From: Octopus bimaculoides
Lineage: Eukaryota
Length of the DNA stretch: 64,000 nucleotides
Assembly (NCBI RefSeq): GCF_001194135.2
Contig: NC_068987.1
Span: 45,953,290 to 46,017,289, forward strand
Reading direction: 5' to 3'
Shown in pieces: positions 1-11,430 of this stretch (positions within the stretch are counted from its first letter, which is position 1; each line of letters begins with the position of its first letter). The notes below the pieces were generated by a model. The model worked only from the letters and a program-made list of their open reading frames with translations, ran no database searches and was not told the origin of the DNA. A program made the position numbers and the translations under genes.

Positions 1-164
1 TACAGTGTCCTTCATATGTCAGGTTGTGGTAAATTATTACCTTGGAAACAGGTGAGGGTTGGCAACATGAAGGGCATCCAGCTGTAGAAAATCTGCCTCA
101 AATAAACTTCATCCAACCTATGCGAGCTTAGAAAGTGGACTTCAAAACATTGATGATAATGATG
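1..164 (+). mobile_element. RTE-tail-related short interspersed repeat (3' part) ending in (GAT)n
   Basis: Motif GGTTGGCAACATGAAGGGCATCCAGCTGTAGAAAA...GTGGAC...TGATGATAATGATG recurs more than 10 times in the window in both orientations. Confidence 0.6.
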
Positions 165-559
165 TTTTATTCAAAATTTTTAAAAATTATAACTACTACC
201 CACTTATATTGCTAGTTATTTAAAATGAGTAACCATTTTTGCTTCTTTACAAGAAGCAGAAATGGTTACACTGAGAATTGATAGTTCTTTTTATTTCAGC
301 TGAATTGGAAGAAGAAACTAATGTCTACTTCTGGAAATCTATTGCCCATTAAACAGTGTACATATTTACACCTTTGTAAATCATTACACACCTGAATTCA
401 GATAATTCAGCGCATGTGATGCTGCTAACTTAATTTTCTCTTTTTTTTTTTCTTTCAAATGGTTTTTAATAATTATTAGTTTGTTCTTATTTCCTGACAA
501 AATACATCACCGTTTCATTCTAATATCCACTGTTTTATGCTTGCAGGGTTCAGATGTAG

Positions 560-725
560 TTTATTGTAGTAGATTTTTTTCTGGCTGGATGCCCTTTCTG
601 TCACCAACCCTCACCTATTTCCAAACAGTAATATTTCCTGTGGTCAGTCATATTTTTGCAGAATATTGGAATTGAATAACACTGCTTGTATGACAGTGAC
701 ACTCATGCAATGTCACGACAAAGAA
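560..725 (-). mobile_element. RTE-tail-related short repeat copy
   Basis: Reverse copy: GGCTGGATGCCCTTTCTGTCACCAACCCTCACCTATTTCC; matches 1-164, 6172-6450, 13005-13200, 16640-16870, 17600-17830. Confidence 0.6.
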
Positions 726-771
726 ACACAAACATATACAAGCACACAAACACACACACACACACACGCAC

Positions 772-814
<43 letters not shown>

Positions 815-827
815 TACATTTATATAT

Positions 828-890
828 GGATCAAAACTGTTTGATTCAAATTCTTTGGTACTCTTGAGTTTCAAGCATGATGCTAGTCCA
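828..890. repeat. Relic of the end of the 59762-60008 foldback family
   Basis: GGATCAAAACTGTTTGATTCAAATTCTTTGGTACTC matches the reverse complement of 59970-60007; both abut a TA run. Confidence 0.65.
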
Positions 891-919
891 CTCACTTATA
901 TATATATATATATATATTG

Positions 920-1062
920 AACTTTTTTCAATTTCTGTCTACCAAATTTGCTCATAAGCCTTTGTGTCATTGCTGGGATATAGTAGAAGAGGCTTGCCCT
1001 AGGACTGAATCCAAAACCATGTGGTTGGGAAGTAAACTCGTTAACCATACAATCCTGCTTGC
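920..1062 (-). mobile_element. tRNA-derived CORE-like SINE, 5' half
   Basis: Similar to the head of the complete copy at 63281-63700. Confidence 0.65.
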
Positions 1063-1100
1063 AACATCAAAAATAATAAAAAAAGAAATAAAAAGGATAA

Positions 1101-1136
<36 letters not shown>

Positions 1137-2204
1137 AAGAAAACGAAAAGAAAATTAAATCTAGAACGGATGTAGAAGAACCAGTTCTTTGCTGGTGAGA
1201 ATTCTTTTACTATCGAAATAGTCACAGGACTAAAATCAATAGAAAGCATTCTGGAGGACAATATAAGAAGGATTGGTGGGAAAGAAGTCATCTATTTATG
1301 CAAAAAGCTTGGAATATTTTCAGGAAGTTTAACACTTTCTCATTTTGAAAGATTCTCACATTTTCTCTGCTTTGTCATCTCCACTCCTACCCCAATGGCA
1401 ATGTTAATAACAATGACAACTACAGCTACACTGTTGACAATGTTAAAGGCAATAAATTTATTTCTTTTTATTCAAAGTAAGTATATGAACAGGTTTAAGT
1501 TATTACCCTGTTTTATTTGTGTTGTTGTTGTTACTAATATTTGTTTGTTTCATATTTTGTTGTTGTTGTTTTATGACACTTGTTGCTGTTTTTCATTTTA
1601 CAGTTTGGTTGTTGTTATTGTTTTTTGTTCATATTTGCAATGAGAAAGGAATTTAAAACAGAATAATGAATAAATATATTAATACTGTTAACTTACAGTT
1701 TCATGTTTTCTCCTTTATCAAAATTATTTACAAAAAATATTTCATGTTTTTTTCTTTCAAAGATACTAAAAAATATTTTCTGTTTATAAAAATGGCTTTT
1801 CAAAGTATTTTTGTTACATTTCTATGATAAAAGATGAATTTTATTTTTGATGTGAGTGAATAGATGTTAGGATGACAGTTGGAAAATATTAGTAATTCAG
1901 GCGTATACAAGGGCTATATGAAAGTGAATAGGCCTCAAAGAAAGCAAGACTGGAGAAAAGAGAAGATAAAAGAAAAAATACAATGTAAATGAGAAAATGA
2001 AATCATATTTAAGACATGAACCCCATAGGATAGCGGGACATCATAGAATATATCAGGGTGAATACAATTTGAGGGAGGATGAGAATGAGCAAAGAGAATA
2101 AGAGAATGAAGTGGGGGAGAATGAACAAATAAGTCATATTAAATGGGAATGAACTAAGAGATTTGAGCCATGAAGAGAGAACACAAGTGTATAAGAATTG
2201 ATTA

Positions 2205-2400
2205 TGTACAGGCTTGGCTGTGTAGTTAAAAGGTTTGCTTCCCAACCCCAAGGTTTGGGTTCAGTTTTACTGTATGACACCTTGAGCAAGTGTCTTTTAT
2301 TATAATTCAAGCCAAAGTGGATTTGGTAGATAGAAACTGAAAGTAAGACGCTTGTTGTGTGTACATATAATATATGTGTGTTTGTGTCTCTTTGTCTTGA
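2205..2400 (+). mobile_element. tRNA-derived CORE-like SINE, 5' half
   Basis: A-box TGGCTGTGTAG, B-box-like GGGTTCAGTTT, CORE-like CACCTTGAGCAAGTGTCTT. Confidence 0.65.
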
Positions 2401-2569
2401 TATCTTGTGGTACTTATACTGAGTATAATTTGTCTCCAGTTTCCTGTGAAAACATGTTTGACCATGGGGAAATATCATTTTGCAGAGATATAGTAAAAGT
2501 AGATTTTGTATGTAGTAGACATAAAGGAGTAAGTAACAGGAAGAGTGCATGAGAAATATATGCTCTCAA

Positions 2570-2762
2570 TTACTCAGGAGGATCCCTGGAAGTAGTAAGT
2601 AATGCCTGTTGTCTTGGTGATATAATTAATAGTGGATGATGATGTTCTGAAAGTATAGTTGCTCAAACAGGCTAGAAAAATTTTAGAGAGATATTTTTTC
2701 TGTTGGCAACAAAAAGTTTCTTGCTCTGAGTGAAAAACAGACAATGTGATGCTTATGTAATT
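2570..2762 (+). mobile_element. RTE-clade LINE relic (post-RT region)
   Basis: Degenerate GSLEVV..CCLGD motif; aligns by eye with 45420-45620 (GSFLELVDSFCYLGDQ). Confidence 0.55.
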
Positions 2763-2984
2763 ACTGGAGTTGGCTGCCTTCTATCTTTTACTTGTTTCAG
2801 TCATTAGATTGTACCCTTTCTTCATTAAGGCATTTTTAGTATTCATTATTTTGTCTTTTGTGCTTTATTCTGTGCTCTGTGAATGCAATTTTGGTTACCA
2901 TTGCTGTCTTTACTTGGCTTATTACTACTGTCTGTCCTTTATAACCTTTTCCTACAAGTTGTAGTGCACCTGAGCCTTAGTAAG

Positions 2985-3190
2985 CTGACAGAACCATTAA
3001 CATGTTGGATGAATGTATAGCAGCATTACTTCTGGCTGTTTACTTTTCTGAGTTCAAATTCTACCAAGATTGACTTTGCTTTCTTTTTTTGGGGACCAAT
3101 AAAATAAGTATCAGTTGAACACTGAGAGTGATGTAAATAATTTGCCCCATTCACCTGAAAATTCCTGTCTTGTACCAAAATTAGAAATAA
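2985..3190 (+). mobile_element. tRNA-derived Meta/MESC-like SINE
   Basis: GAGTTCAAATT B-box followed by GACTTTGCTTTC...GGGGACCAATAAAATAAGTATCAGTTG; same family as 7861-8056. Confidence 0.6.
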
Positions 3191-3239
3191 GTATCATAAT
3201 TAATGCTATAATAATAATTATTAGTAAAACCTCAATCTC

Positions 3240-3415
3240 GCAGAATTGTTACCGCAACAGACAAAATATATATTAGCAGCATTTCATCTGTCTTTAATTT
3301 CTGAGTTCAAATTCCACTGAGGTTAGCTTTGCCTCTCATCCTGTTGGGGTCAATAAAATACATACCAATCATGTACTAGAGTTGATGTAATTGACAAGAC
3401 CCCCATTGTTATCAA
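3240..3415 (+). mobile_element. Meta/MESC-like SINE, second adjacent copy
   Basis: GAGTTCAAATTCCACTGAGGTTAGCTTTGCCTCTCATCCTGTTGGGGTCAATAAAATA. Confidence 0.6.
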
Positions 3416-3459
3416 ATTAGGCTCAATGAAATGTTAGTCTATTGAGAGTGCAAAGATAA

Positions 3460-3760
3460 GTGGATGTATGATGTGTGAAAAAAATGACATGGAAGTGTGC
3501 TTCAGCCAAACTCTTTACTGGTAAGGAGAACAGTTATAAGTTCTTTTAGATGTATTACAACTCTGATATAGGAGGTTAGATGTATACCCCAAACTGAGGT
3601 GTGTTGGTGGAAAGAGTAACTCAGTCAGCCAGAATAATTAAGTATTGTCTAGTAATTGGCAACATGAGACCACCCATGATCTCTGCTTATGTTCTGTAAG
3701 TAAGATCAGGTCTCTTGAGAAAATTGATGCTGTTGCTAGTGATTTTAATATTAATATCCA
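3460..3760 (+). mobile_element. RTE-clade LINE AP-endonuclease relic
   Basis: MISAYV (3676-3693, cf. ISAYAP) and VASDFN (3732-3749, cf. GDFN) motifs at the expected order, many stops and frameshifts. Confidence 0.5.
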
Positions 3761-4455
3761 AGTCTGAATAGAGGCCATGAAAATGATAGAGAAATAAAGA
3801 AGGATCAAGGTGACTGAGGATTAGCAATTCAAATGACTTTACCATTTGCCAACTTCAGAAAGTCAGTAAAATTCCTGGTCTTCTACAACTCAAAAGTGTA
3901 TGAGATTCATATTGATTTTTTCCCCCTTTCTTAACTAAAAACAAGTTCCAATTTGATTTAATTTAAATGTATTGCAACTGGTAAAAATAGTATCATCAGT
4001 TACAAATTCCTATTGAGTCAATCACTGGTTTACTTAACTTCTGATGGTGAGGATGACAAAGGAATGTTTGTAACTTCCTGCTGAACAAATGTTACAAACG
4101 ACTTTGTTTTTTACAGTAGTAGGTTTCCAGATCTTTTGGTGGTTCACACCATTAAAATGACATACAATGGCAAAAAATATGTAATCTTCATCATGTTAAA
4201 GTCTACATTTTTTCATACTTGCATGAATCGGACAAATGTATGTTAGGACTGAGGTTTTTTTACAGCTGGTCATCCTTCTTCCTCATATCTATCTATGTGT
4301 TTATCATCATCATCCAGTGTTTTATCCCCATTAACGGAGGTGGCTAGATCTACCTCAATGCCATAGCAACCACCCTCACACCATCTTGCCATCTTGCCCA
4401 GTTTGGGGCATCCTCCTTTGTCAAACCAACCCTCCCAATGTATGTGGATATACAT

Positions 4456-4486
<31 letters not shown>

Positions 4487-4814
4487 TGAGTAGATATAAG
4501 TGCATTGTACTTCATTTGAAGCATTGTAATATCGAAGAAGGTAAAAAGAGATAAAGTAGAAGGTTTCTGACAATGTAGAAAGTTTTATAAAACCTTTATA
4601 TTTCAGGCGCAAAATCCCATTTTCAGAAGTAAAACAATCTGGGAAATGTCTAGTTATGCAGGTTCCCTTATATATATATATATNNNNNNNNNNNNNNNNN
4701 NNNNNNNNNNNNNNNNNNNNNNNNNNNNNNNNNNNNNNNNNNNNNNNNNNNNNNNNNNNNNNNNNNNNNNNNNNNNNNNNNNNNNNNNNNNNNNNNNNNN
4801 NNNNNNNNNNNAAA

Positions 4815-5082
4815 ATTCTCAAATGCATGATAATGCTAATAAATAGCTTGATCAGGATAAATTATCCATACAGTGCAGAAAAATATGTTACCAATAAGTT
4901 CTAAAATTGCTGAAGAATTCGTTACTGGGCAGTTTAGCATAATGGTAAAGCACTTGATGCATAATCACAGGGATGTGAGTTCGAGTCTCATGGCTGGCTG
5001 GCTGGTAACGTATTTTTTCTGCAATGTATGGATAATTTATCCTGATCACGCTATTTATTAACATTATCACGCGTTTGAGAAT
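4815..5082 (+). mobile_element. Foldback/MITE-like element with ~80-bp inverted arms enclosing a tRNA-like cassette
   Basis: Arm 4815-4893 is the near-perfect reverse complement of 5003-5082; left flank runs into an N-gap so no TSD can be read. Confidence 0.8.
4928..4998 (+). pseudogene. tRNA-like (Met/CAT-loop) pseudogene or SINE head
   Basis: 71-nt cloverleaf: acceptor GGCAGTT/GGCTGGC (1 mismatch, 2 GU), A-box TAGCATAATGG, loop TGCATAA, T-arm GTGAG-TTCGAGT-CTCAT; T6 run at 5013-5018. D and anticodon stems are imperfect. Confidence 0.65.
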
Positions 5083-5191
5083 AAAAAAAAATTATTTCTG
5101 TATCTTTTATATATATATATATATGAATGTATGTATGTATGCATACATATGTGTGTATGTGGATATGTGTGTGTGTGTATATATACACACA

Positions 5192-5727
5192 CAGGGTGCG
5201 TAAGGTATTTGAGGACATACCCCTTTCTTGGGTCATTGTTGCTGCATTTTTTACTAACTCTGTATAATCTTGGTTTCAGAAAATAATAATGGCAGACCCT
5301 CAGCTTACTCAAGAAATGAAGAGGCATGCTGTTATTGTGGTTATAAAGGCTGAGTATAGCAGTTTTAAAATATTTGAATTTTTAAAAGTTGCCAGATCTT
5401 TTGTCTACAAAGTTTGTAAGGAGCTAGAAATTGAAGATGGAAGCGTATCACCAATTTCAAAGTATAAAAAGCATTCTAAATGCTCTGAAATCATCAGAAC
5501 ACCTAAATTTATCCAGCAAGTTTATTACAATCCCAGAAAGTCCATGAGGTCATTTGCAAAAGATTTCCATGTGCCAGAAGGAACAGTCAGAAATGCTGTC
5601 CACGAAGGCATCAGATATAAGTCTTATATGATAAGGAAAGGTCAATTTGTCAGAAAAAGCAAAAGAAAATCACTACATCAGATCTGAAAGGTTCTTAAAC
5701 AAACTGAAAAATCCAGAAGAAGAGGAT
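5192..5727 (+). mobile_element. Tc1/mariner-superfamily transposon 5' fragment (left TIR plus N-terminal HTH region; no catalytic domain)
   Basis: Begins CAGGGTG; ORF 5289-5687 has HTH-like RHAVIV..IFEFLKVARSFVYKV and NPRKSMRSFAKDFHVPEGTVRNAVHEGIRYKSY, frameshifting into MSEKAKENHYIRSERFLNKLK; resembles maT/DD37D-type N-termini. Confidence 0.8.
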
Positions 5728-5759
5728 GACACTTACATACTCTATAGAATCTCTCACAA

Positions 5760-6030
5760 AAATATCAGGGAAGCCACACTCATATCACAACACAATGGCA
5801 AAATAAATGCACAAACTACACAAATATAAAAATATTAACATATGGTTACTGGCATGAAAAACCTAATGACCAATGACCACAGACAAAATTATCAGGTGGT
5901 TACTGACAAAGAAACCTAACAGTCTATAAAACCTTTGGAAGAAAAGTGTTCAAGAATTTGACCTGATACGTGATGTTGATAAGCCACAAAAATGGCAAAA
6001 TATCGGTATTCATCATCCCTGATAGGGATC
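5760..6030 (+). mobile_element. Possible R4/NeSL-type restriction-like endonuclease relic
   Basis: Degenerate (R)PD..V.VDK...IDI..P pattern near 5960-6025, heavily disrupted. Confidence 0.35.
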
Positions 6031-6171
6031 AGGGGTGAGCTGTGACGTTCAGGTGTTTTAACACCCTGCACTCTGAACTGCTAAACTGTACTGTACCAGC
6101 GAACAAGCAAAACACATACATTGAGTACATGAAGTCAATAATGTTTATATATATATATATATATATATATA

Positions 6172-6450
6172 TCATCATCATCAGCATCCTCTAACATCCG
6201 ACTTCCATGCTGCCGTGGGTGGGATCATCAATTTAATGACCATTTTTTCCATGCTAACAAGTGCTGGACAGGGTTTATTGAGCAAGATATATTCTATCAC
6301 TGCAGATCTTCCAGTCGTCAACCCTCACCTGTTTTCAACTAAGGTAATATTTTTCCATAGACAGAGATGTTTTCACAGAGTATTGGAAATGAATGGCACT
6401 GCTTGTATAACAGTGACATTCGTTTACAAATATAGCACAAGGTTAAGAGG
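6172..6450 (-). mobile_element. RTE-tail-related short repeat copy
   Basis: (CAT)n tail then AACATCCGACTTCCATGC and CCAGTCGTCAACCCTCACCTGTTTTC, as in other copies. Confidence 0.6.
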
Positions 6451-6529
6451 AGACACAAACACGCACATACACACATGCGTGCACACACATGCGTGCACAC
6501 ACATGCGTGCACACACATGCATACATACA

Positions 6530-6700
6530 ATGAGCTTCTTTGAGATTCTGTCAACCAAATCCACTCACAAGTCTTTGGTTTGCCAATAGCAGTAGAAGTA
6601 GAAAATCAGCACAAAATGCCACACAGTGAGATTGAACCTCAAACCACATCGTTGGGAAGTAGAAGCTTCTTAACTGCTCAGCTATGCTTTCACCTCTAAC
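6530..6700 (-). mobile_element. CORE-like SINE head
   Basis: CCAAATCCACTCACAAGTCTTTGG...GATTGAACCTCAAACCACATCGTTGGGAAG. Confidence 0.55.
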
Positions 6701-7244
6701 ATATCTGTGTGTGTTTTCTTCAACAATCTAATATGATCTTTATGTCTTTCCTAAAACAATTCCATGATATCTCTTAAATCTGACACCACATGCCTTGAGA
6801 ACTGAACCATTAGAGCATGATAGAATGATACAAAAACAAATGCAAAAAGTGTCTAATAACAAAGTTTTGATTTAAGCTGCTAAAGACATTCTTTAACACA
6901 CCTTAATTCTTTGAAAACCAAACATAACAACTATAATAACAAAAGGTGAAGATGAAGAAAGGGAAGAAGAGAAAATAAAGCAAGATGAAGTAGAACAAGA
7001 AGAAAAATGCAAGAAGACTGTGAAAAAAAAATGAAGAAAATGTTAAAATGTTTTTAGATTTTAGTATTGCTGTAAAGCATTTTCAGACCATTAACTTCAT
7101 CTTCTCATTGCTTATTATTTTTAGCATTATTATCATTTAGTAAAAATGCCACAATGTTTAGTCTATATGTCATTATTGGCTACATTCATACACACACATA
7201 AACACACATGCACACAAGCATGCACACACACACATATACAAGTA

Positions 7245-7286
<42 letters not shown>

Positions 7287-7709
7287 NNNNNNNNNNNNNN
7301 NNNNNNNNNNNNNNNNNNNNNNNNNNNNNNNNNNNNNNNNNNNNNNNNNNNNNNNNNNNNNNNNNNNNNNNNNNNNNNNNNNNNNNNNNNNNNNNNNNNN
7401 NNNNNNNNNNNNNNNNNNNNNNNNNNNNNNNNNNNNNNNNNNNNNNNNNNNNNNNNNNNNNNNNNNNNNNNNNNNNNNNNNNNNNNNNNNNNNNNNNNNN
7501 NNNNNACAAAGAACTCCAATTCTGATTTCAAATCACATCTAAAATAATTTAAGCATTAATTCTTGCAGTATCAACAAAAATAAATGTTAATATTCTAGCT
7601 TATACCTGAGTACTCCAAACAATAATCTCATAAATCCAGCAGAAGCCAACTTCACCTTCCATCCTTTCAGGGTCAATAACATAAGGTATGAAACAATCAT
7701 TGTCGTCGT

Positions 7710-7799
7710 CATCGGTGGCGACGGCATCAGTGGCGACGGCATCGGTGGCGACGGCATCGGTGGCGACGGCATCGGTGGCGACGGCATCGGTGGCGATGG
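7710..7799. repeat. 15-bp GC-rich minisatellite (CATCGGTGGCGACGG) x6
   Basis: Six contiguous units, four perfect and two with one substitution. Confidence 0.95.
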
Positions 7800-7860
7800 C
7801 ATCGGTGTCGGTGTCAGCATCAGCGGCATCGGCGTCATCATTATCATCATCATTATCATT

Positions 7861-8056
7861 AAGGTGGCAAGCTGGCAGAATTGTTAGCACACTGGACAAA
7901 ATGCTTAGCAGTATTTTGTCTGTCACTACGTTCTGAGTTCAAATTTCACTGCGGTCAACTTTGCCTTTCATCCTTTCACAGATGATGAAATAAGTATCAG
8001 TCAAGTGCTGGGGTTGATGTAATCGACTAGTCCCCTCCCCACAAAATTTCAGGCCT
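7861..8056 (+). mobile_element. tRNA-derived Meta/MESC-like SINE, full length
   Basis: GGTGGCAAGCTGGCAGAATTGTTAG head, GAGTTCAAATT B-box, core GTCAACTTTGCCTTTCATCCTTTC...ATAAGTATCAGT, 3' CCCCTCCCCACAAAATTTCAGGCCTT. Confidence 0.75.
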
Positions 8057-8168
8057 TTCTATATTCTATAACTGTCACAATATAGAAACATTTCTCATGG
8101 CACCAGCACACAATTTACAGATGCTTACGTCTTTTATGTTTTCCATGAATTTTTCACAGGTCCAGCTA

Positions 8169-8201
<33 letters not shown>

Positions 8202-8924
8202 AATATATAGGAGAATTGTTAGGAAACCTGAGCAAAATGCCTTATATTGTTTAGAATTCATAAAATCAGATTTCATATCTTTAATGTTAGAAAATGAAAT
8301 ACCAGTAATATTCTAAGATCAGCAAGTCGATTATTTCTCCCTTCTCCTTCTCCATTAATAGACAAAGGCAACCTTATACTTAGGTGAGAGATGAAACATA
8401 TATATCTTGTAGAATTTGCCAAACATTTGTTTTGTAACTTTCATATCAGTACAAGACAATGTTGAAGAAATGCTGCCAAACAAAAAAGCTGTGGTGGTGG
8501 TGGTGGTGACAATGATGATGATGACAATAGTAAAGAAAACTGAGAAGGCTCTGAATATGAAGACTAGCAGAATAACAAGGCCAACAAAAATGACAATGTT
8601 TTCAGGCATAGAAACAAAAGATCACGAAGAAAGGGTATGGGAATGAGAGATCAAACTGAGAAAGCAATAAACCCACAAACAACTAGCTTTCTATAAGAAA
8701 GAAGAAAGTAAGAAAAGAAAAAGAAACACCCATTACTGATGAGTTGTAAATAGATGGAACAGCACTTGTTTTTTCTTTTGAGATGTTAGTACAAGAGGCA
8801 AAGAGAGAATGATTTATACAGAATAGTTTAATAAAGAGAAAGAAGAAATAGGCAGGACAAGTAGAGACAGAAAATCACTGAAGGGGTCACAATATGTGTG
8901 ACAAAAGAACTTTGATAAATAAAC

Positions 8925-8957
<33 letters not shown>

Positions 8958-8960
<3 letters not shown>

Positions 8961-11128
8961 CAAAACCCACAAAACTACAAGCCCATAACCTGTCTCCCTA
9001 CAATTTACAAAGCCTTTACTGCAATATTATCGCAGAGATTGAGCAAGCACCTGGAAGAAAACAACCGGTTTCCAGAAGAGCAGAAGGGATGCTGCAAGTG
9101 CTCATATGGCTGTAAAGACCAACTAATGATCAATAAAGCCATAACTGAAGAGAGCCGCAGAAAGAAGAAAGGCCTAAGTATAGCCTGAATCAATGACCGA
9201 AGGGCTTTTGACAGCATCCCCCACAGATGGATCCTAGAAACACTAGCTATAAACAAGGTAGCGCCAATAATCATAAAATACATAAGACACTCTATGAAAA
9301 AATGGCAGACAGTGCTAGAGCTCCAAACAAAAAAGGAACTCATAAAAACCAAAGCCATCCCCATTAGAAGAGGAATATTCCAGGGGGACATGCTCTCTCC
9401 ACTTTTTTTCTGTTTGGCACTGACACCTTTAACTGACATGCTGCTAAATAGAACTGGATGTAGATACAAATGTTACGGCAAAACAATCAGCCACCTTTTA
9501 TATATGGATGACCTAAAACTATATACTACAAATGATAAACAGCTGGAAACACTACTACAGACAGTACATGGATTTACCAAAGAAATAAATATGAAATTTG
9601 GCATAGAAAAATGTGCCAAAGCAATCTTGAAAAGAGCAAAACTAGTTAAGAGTAGCAACATTGCACTAGACAAAACCAATGAAATAAGAGAATGAGACCA
9701 AAGCCAGATATACAAATATTTAGGAATCAATGAAGTAGATACGATACAACACACACAAATTAAAGAGAAAATAAAGAATACTATAGACGAGTTAGATCAA
9801 TACTGAAAACAGAGCTCAATGCTAAAAACAAGATAATAGGTATCAACACTCTAGCCGTCCCAGTTATAAGTTACAGCTACAATATCCTTAACTGGACACT
9901 AAATGAACTAACCAAAATAGACAGGAAAACAAGAAAATTATACAGCTGGAAAACTATTATAAAATAACCACCATAAGACTGCAAAAATACCTTCTTCAGA
10001 AGCAAGGAAAACTAATACAAATAGCCACAAAACACGAGCAAAACAAAAAACTGTTTTCAGTATTTAAGGAAGCTGACAAATACAAAGAAGTCATACTACC
10101 TAACAAATAATAATAAGAAGAAGAAGAAGAACAAGAATAATAAGAATAAGAAGAAGAAGAAGAAGAAGAAGAAACAACAAAAGCTATAAAACAAATGAAA
10201 CTCAAACTAAAACTAGAATAGCAATGGACCTTGATAAAACAAGAGCAAGAAAAGCCCCTTCATGGCAAATACTGGGCTACACTAAACGCAAAAGAAATAG
10301 AAAGAGGAAAATCCCAGCAATTGTTGAGAAGCTCAGGACTCAAAGCAGAGACTGAAGGATTTTTAATTGCAGCACAAGACCAATGCCTCCCCACCAGAAA
10401 TTACCAAAAACATATAATGAAAAGAAATATAACAAGTAACTGCAGAATATGTGGAGATGGACAAGAAACAATAAATCATATTATCTCTGGCTGCCCAGTC
10501 CTGGCTAAGAAGGAATATATTCACAGACACGACAGAAATGGGACCTACATACACTGGACGCNNNNNNNNNNNNNNNNNNNNNNNNNNNNNNNNNNNNNNN
10601 NNNNNNNNNNNNNNNNNNNNNNNNNNNNNNNNNNNNNNNNNNNNNNNNNNNNNNNNNNNNNNNNNNNNNNNNNNNNNNNNNNNNNNNNNNNNNNNNNNNN
10701 NNNNNNNNNNNNNNNNNNNNNNNNNNNNNNNNNNNNNNNNNNNNNNNNNNNNNNNNNNNNNNNNNNNNNNNNNNNNNNNNNNNNNNNNNNNNNNNNNNNN
10801 NNNNNNNNNNNNNNNNNNNNNNNNNNNNNNNNNNNNNNNNNNNNNNNNNNNNNNNNNNNNNNNNNNNNNNNNNNNNNNNNNNNNNNNNNNNNNNNNNNNN
10901 NNNNNNNNNNNNNNNNNNNNNNNNNNNNNNNNNNNNNNNNNNNNNNNNNNNNNNNNNNNNNNNNNNNNNNNNNNNNNNNNNNNNNNNNNNNNNNNNNNNN
11001 NNNNNNNNNNNNNNNNNNNNNNNNNNNNNNNNAAAGGCATCACAGTAAACAACAGCACTTACCCAAGGCACACAAAGCTGCGCTGGGTGGTGAAGTGAAA
11101 GCATGTTATAAAAATAAAACTACTGAAT
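8958..11128 (+). mobile_element. 5'-truncated R4/Dong-like non-LTR retrotransposon (RT, CCHC finger, 3' UTR), pseudogenised
   Basis: NYKPITCLPTIYK, EQKG, RAFDSIPH, GIFQGDMLSP, HLLYMDDLKLY, YKYLG; CRICGDGQETINHIISGC zinc knuckle; in-frame stops, internal deletion and gap 10562-11032; flanked both sides by (TAA)n. Confidence 0.9.
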
Positions 11129-11129
11129 T

Positions 11130-11212
<83 letters not shown>

Positions 11213-11219
11213 TTCTTCT

Positions 11220-11430
11220 ATAGGTACAAGGCCTGAGATTTTAGGGGAGGGGACTAGTCAATTACATTGACCCCAGTGTTTCACTGGTACAAAAGAGATC
11301 AATAGAATAAGTACCAGGCTCAAAACAAAATAAGTAAATTGGGTTGATAAGTTTGACTAAAATTTTTTCAAGGTGGTGCCCCAGCATGGCCACAGTCTAA
11401 TGACTGAAACACATAAAAGATAAAAGATAA
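11220..11430. mobile_element. Fused SINE 3' fragments (reverse Meta-like end joined to CORE-like 3' end)
   Basis: CAAGGCCTGAGATTTTAGGGGAGGGGACTAGTC then AATAGAATAAGTACCAGGC...CCCCAGCATGGCCACAGTCTAATGACTGAAAC. Confidence 0.55.

Noticed and set aside
1176-1643. ~156-codon stop-free frame upstream of and including ORF 1395-1643
   Set aside because: Distal half is GTT/T-rich low complexity, no splice signals or recognisable motif; compatible with chance
4928-4998. Functional tRNA-Met gene
   Set aside because: Mismatches in the acceptor, D and anticodon stems, G at position 33 instead of U, and embedding in inverted repeats; called tRNA-like only
7587-7936. Pro/Ser- or Ala/Thr-rich repeat proteins (PSPPM, ATDAV, VATAS)
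   Set aside because: All are translations of the 15-bp minisatellite, open in several frames because the unit lacks stops
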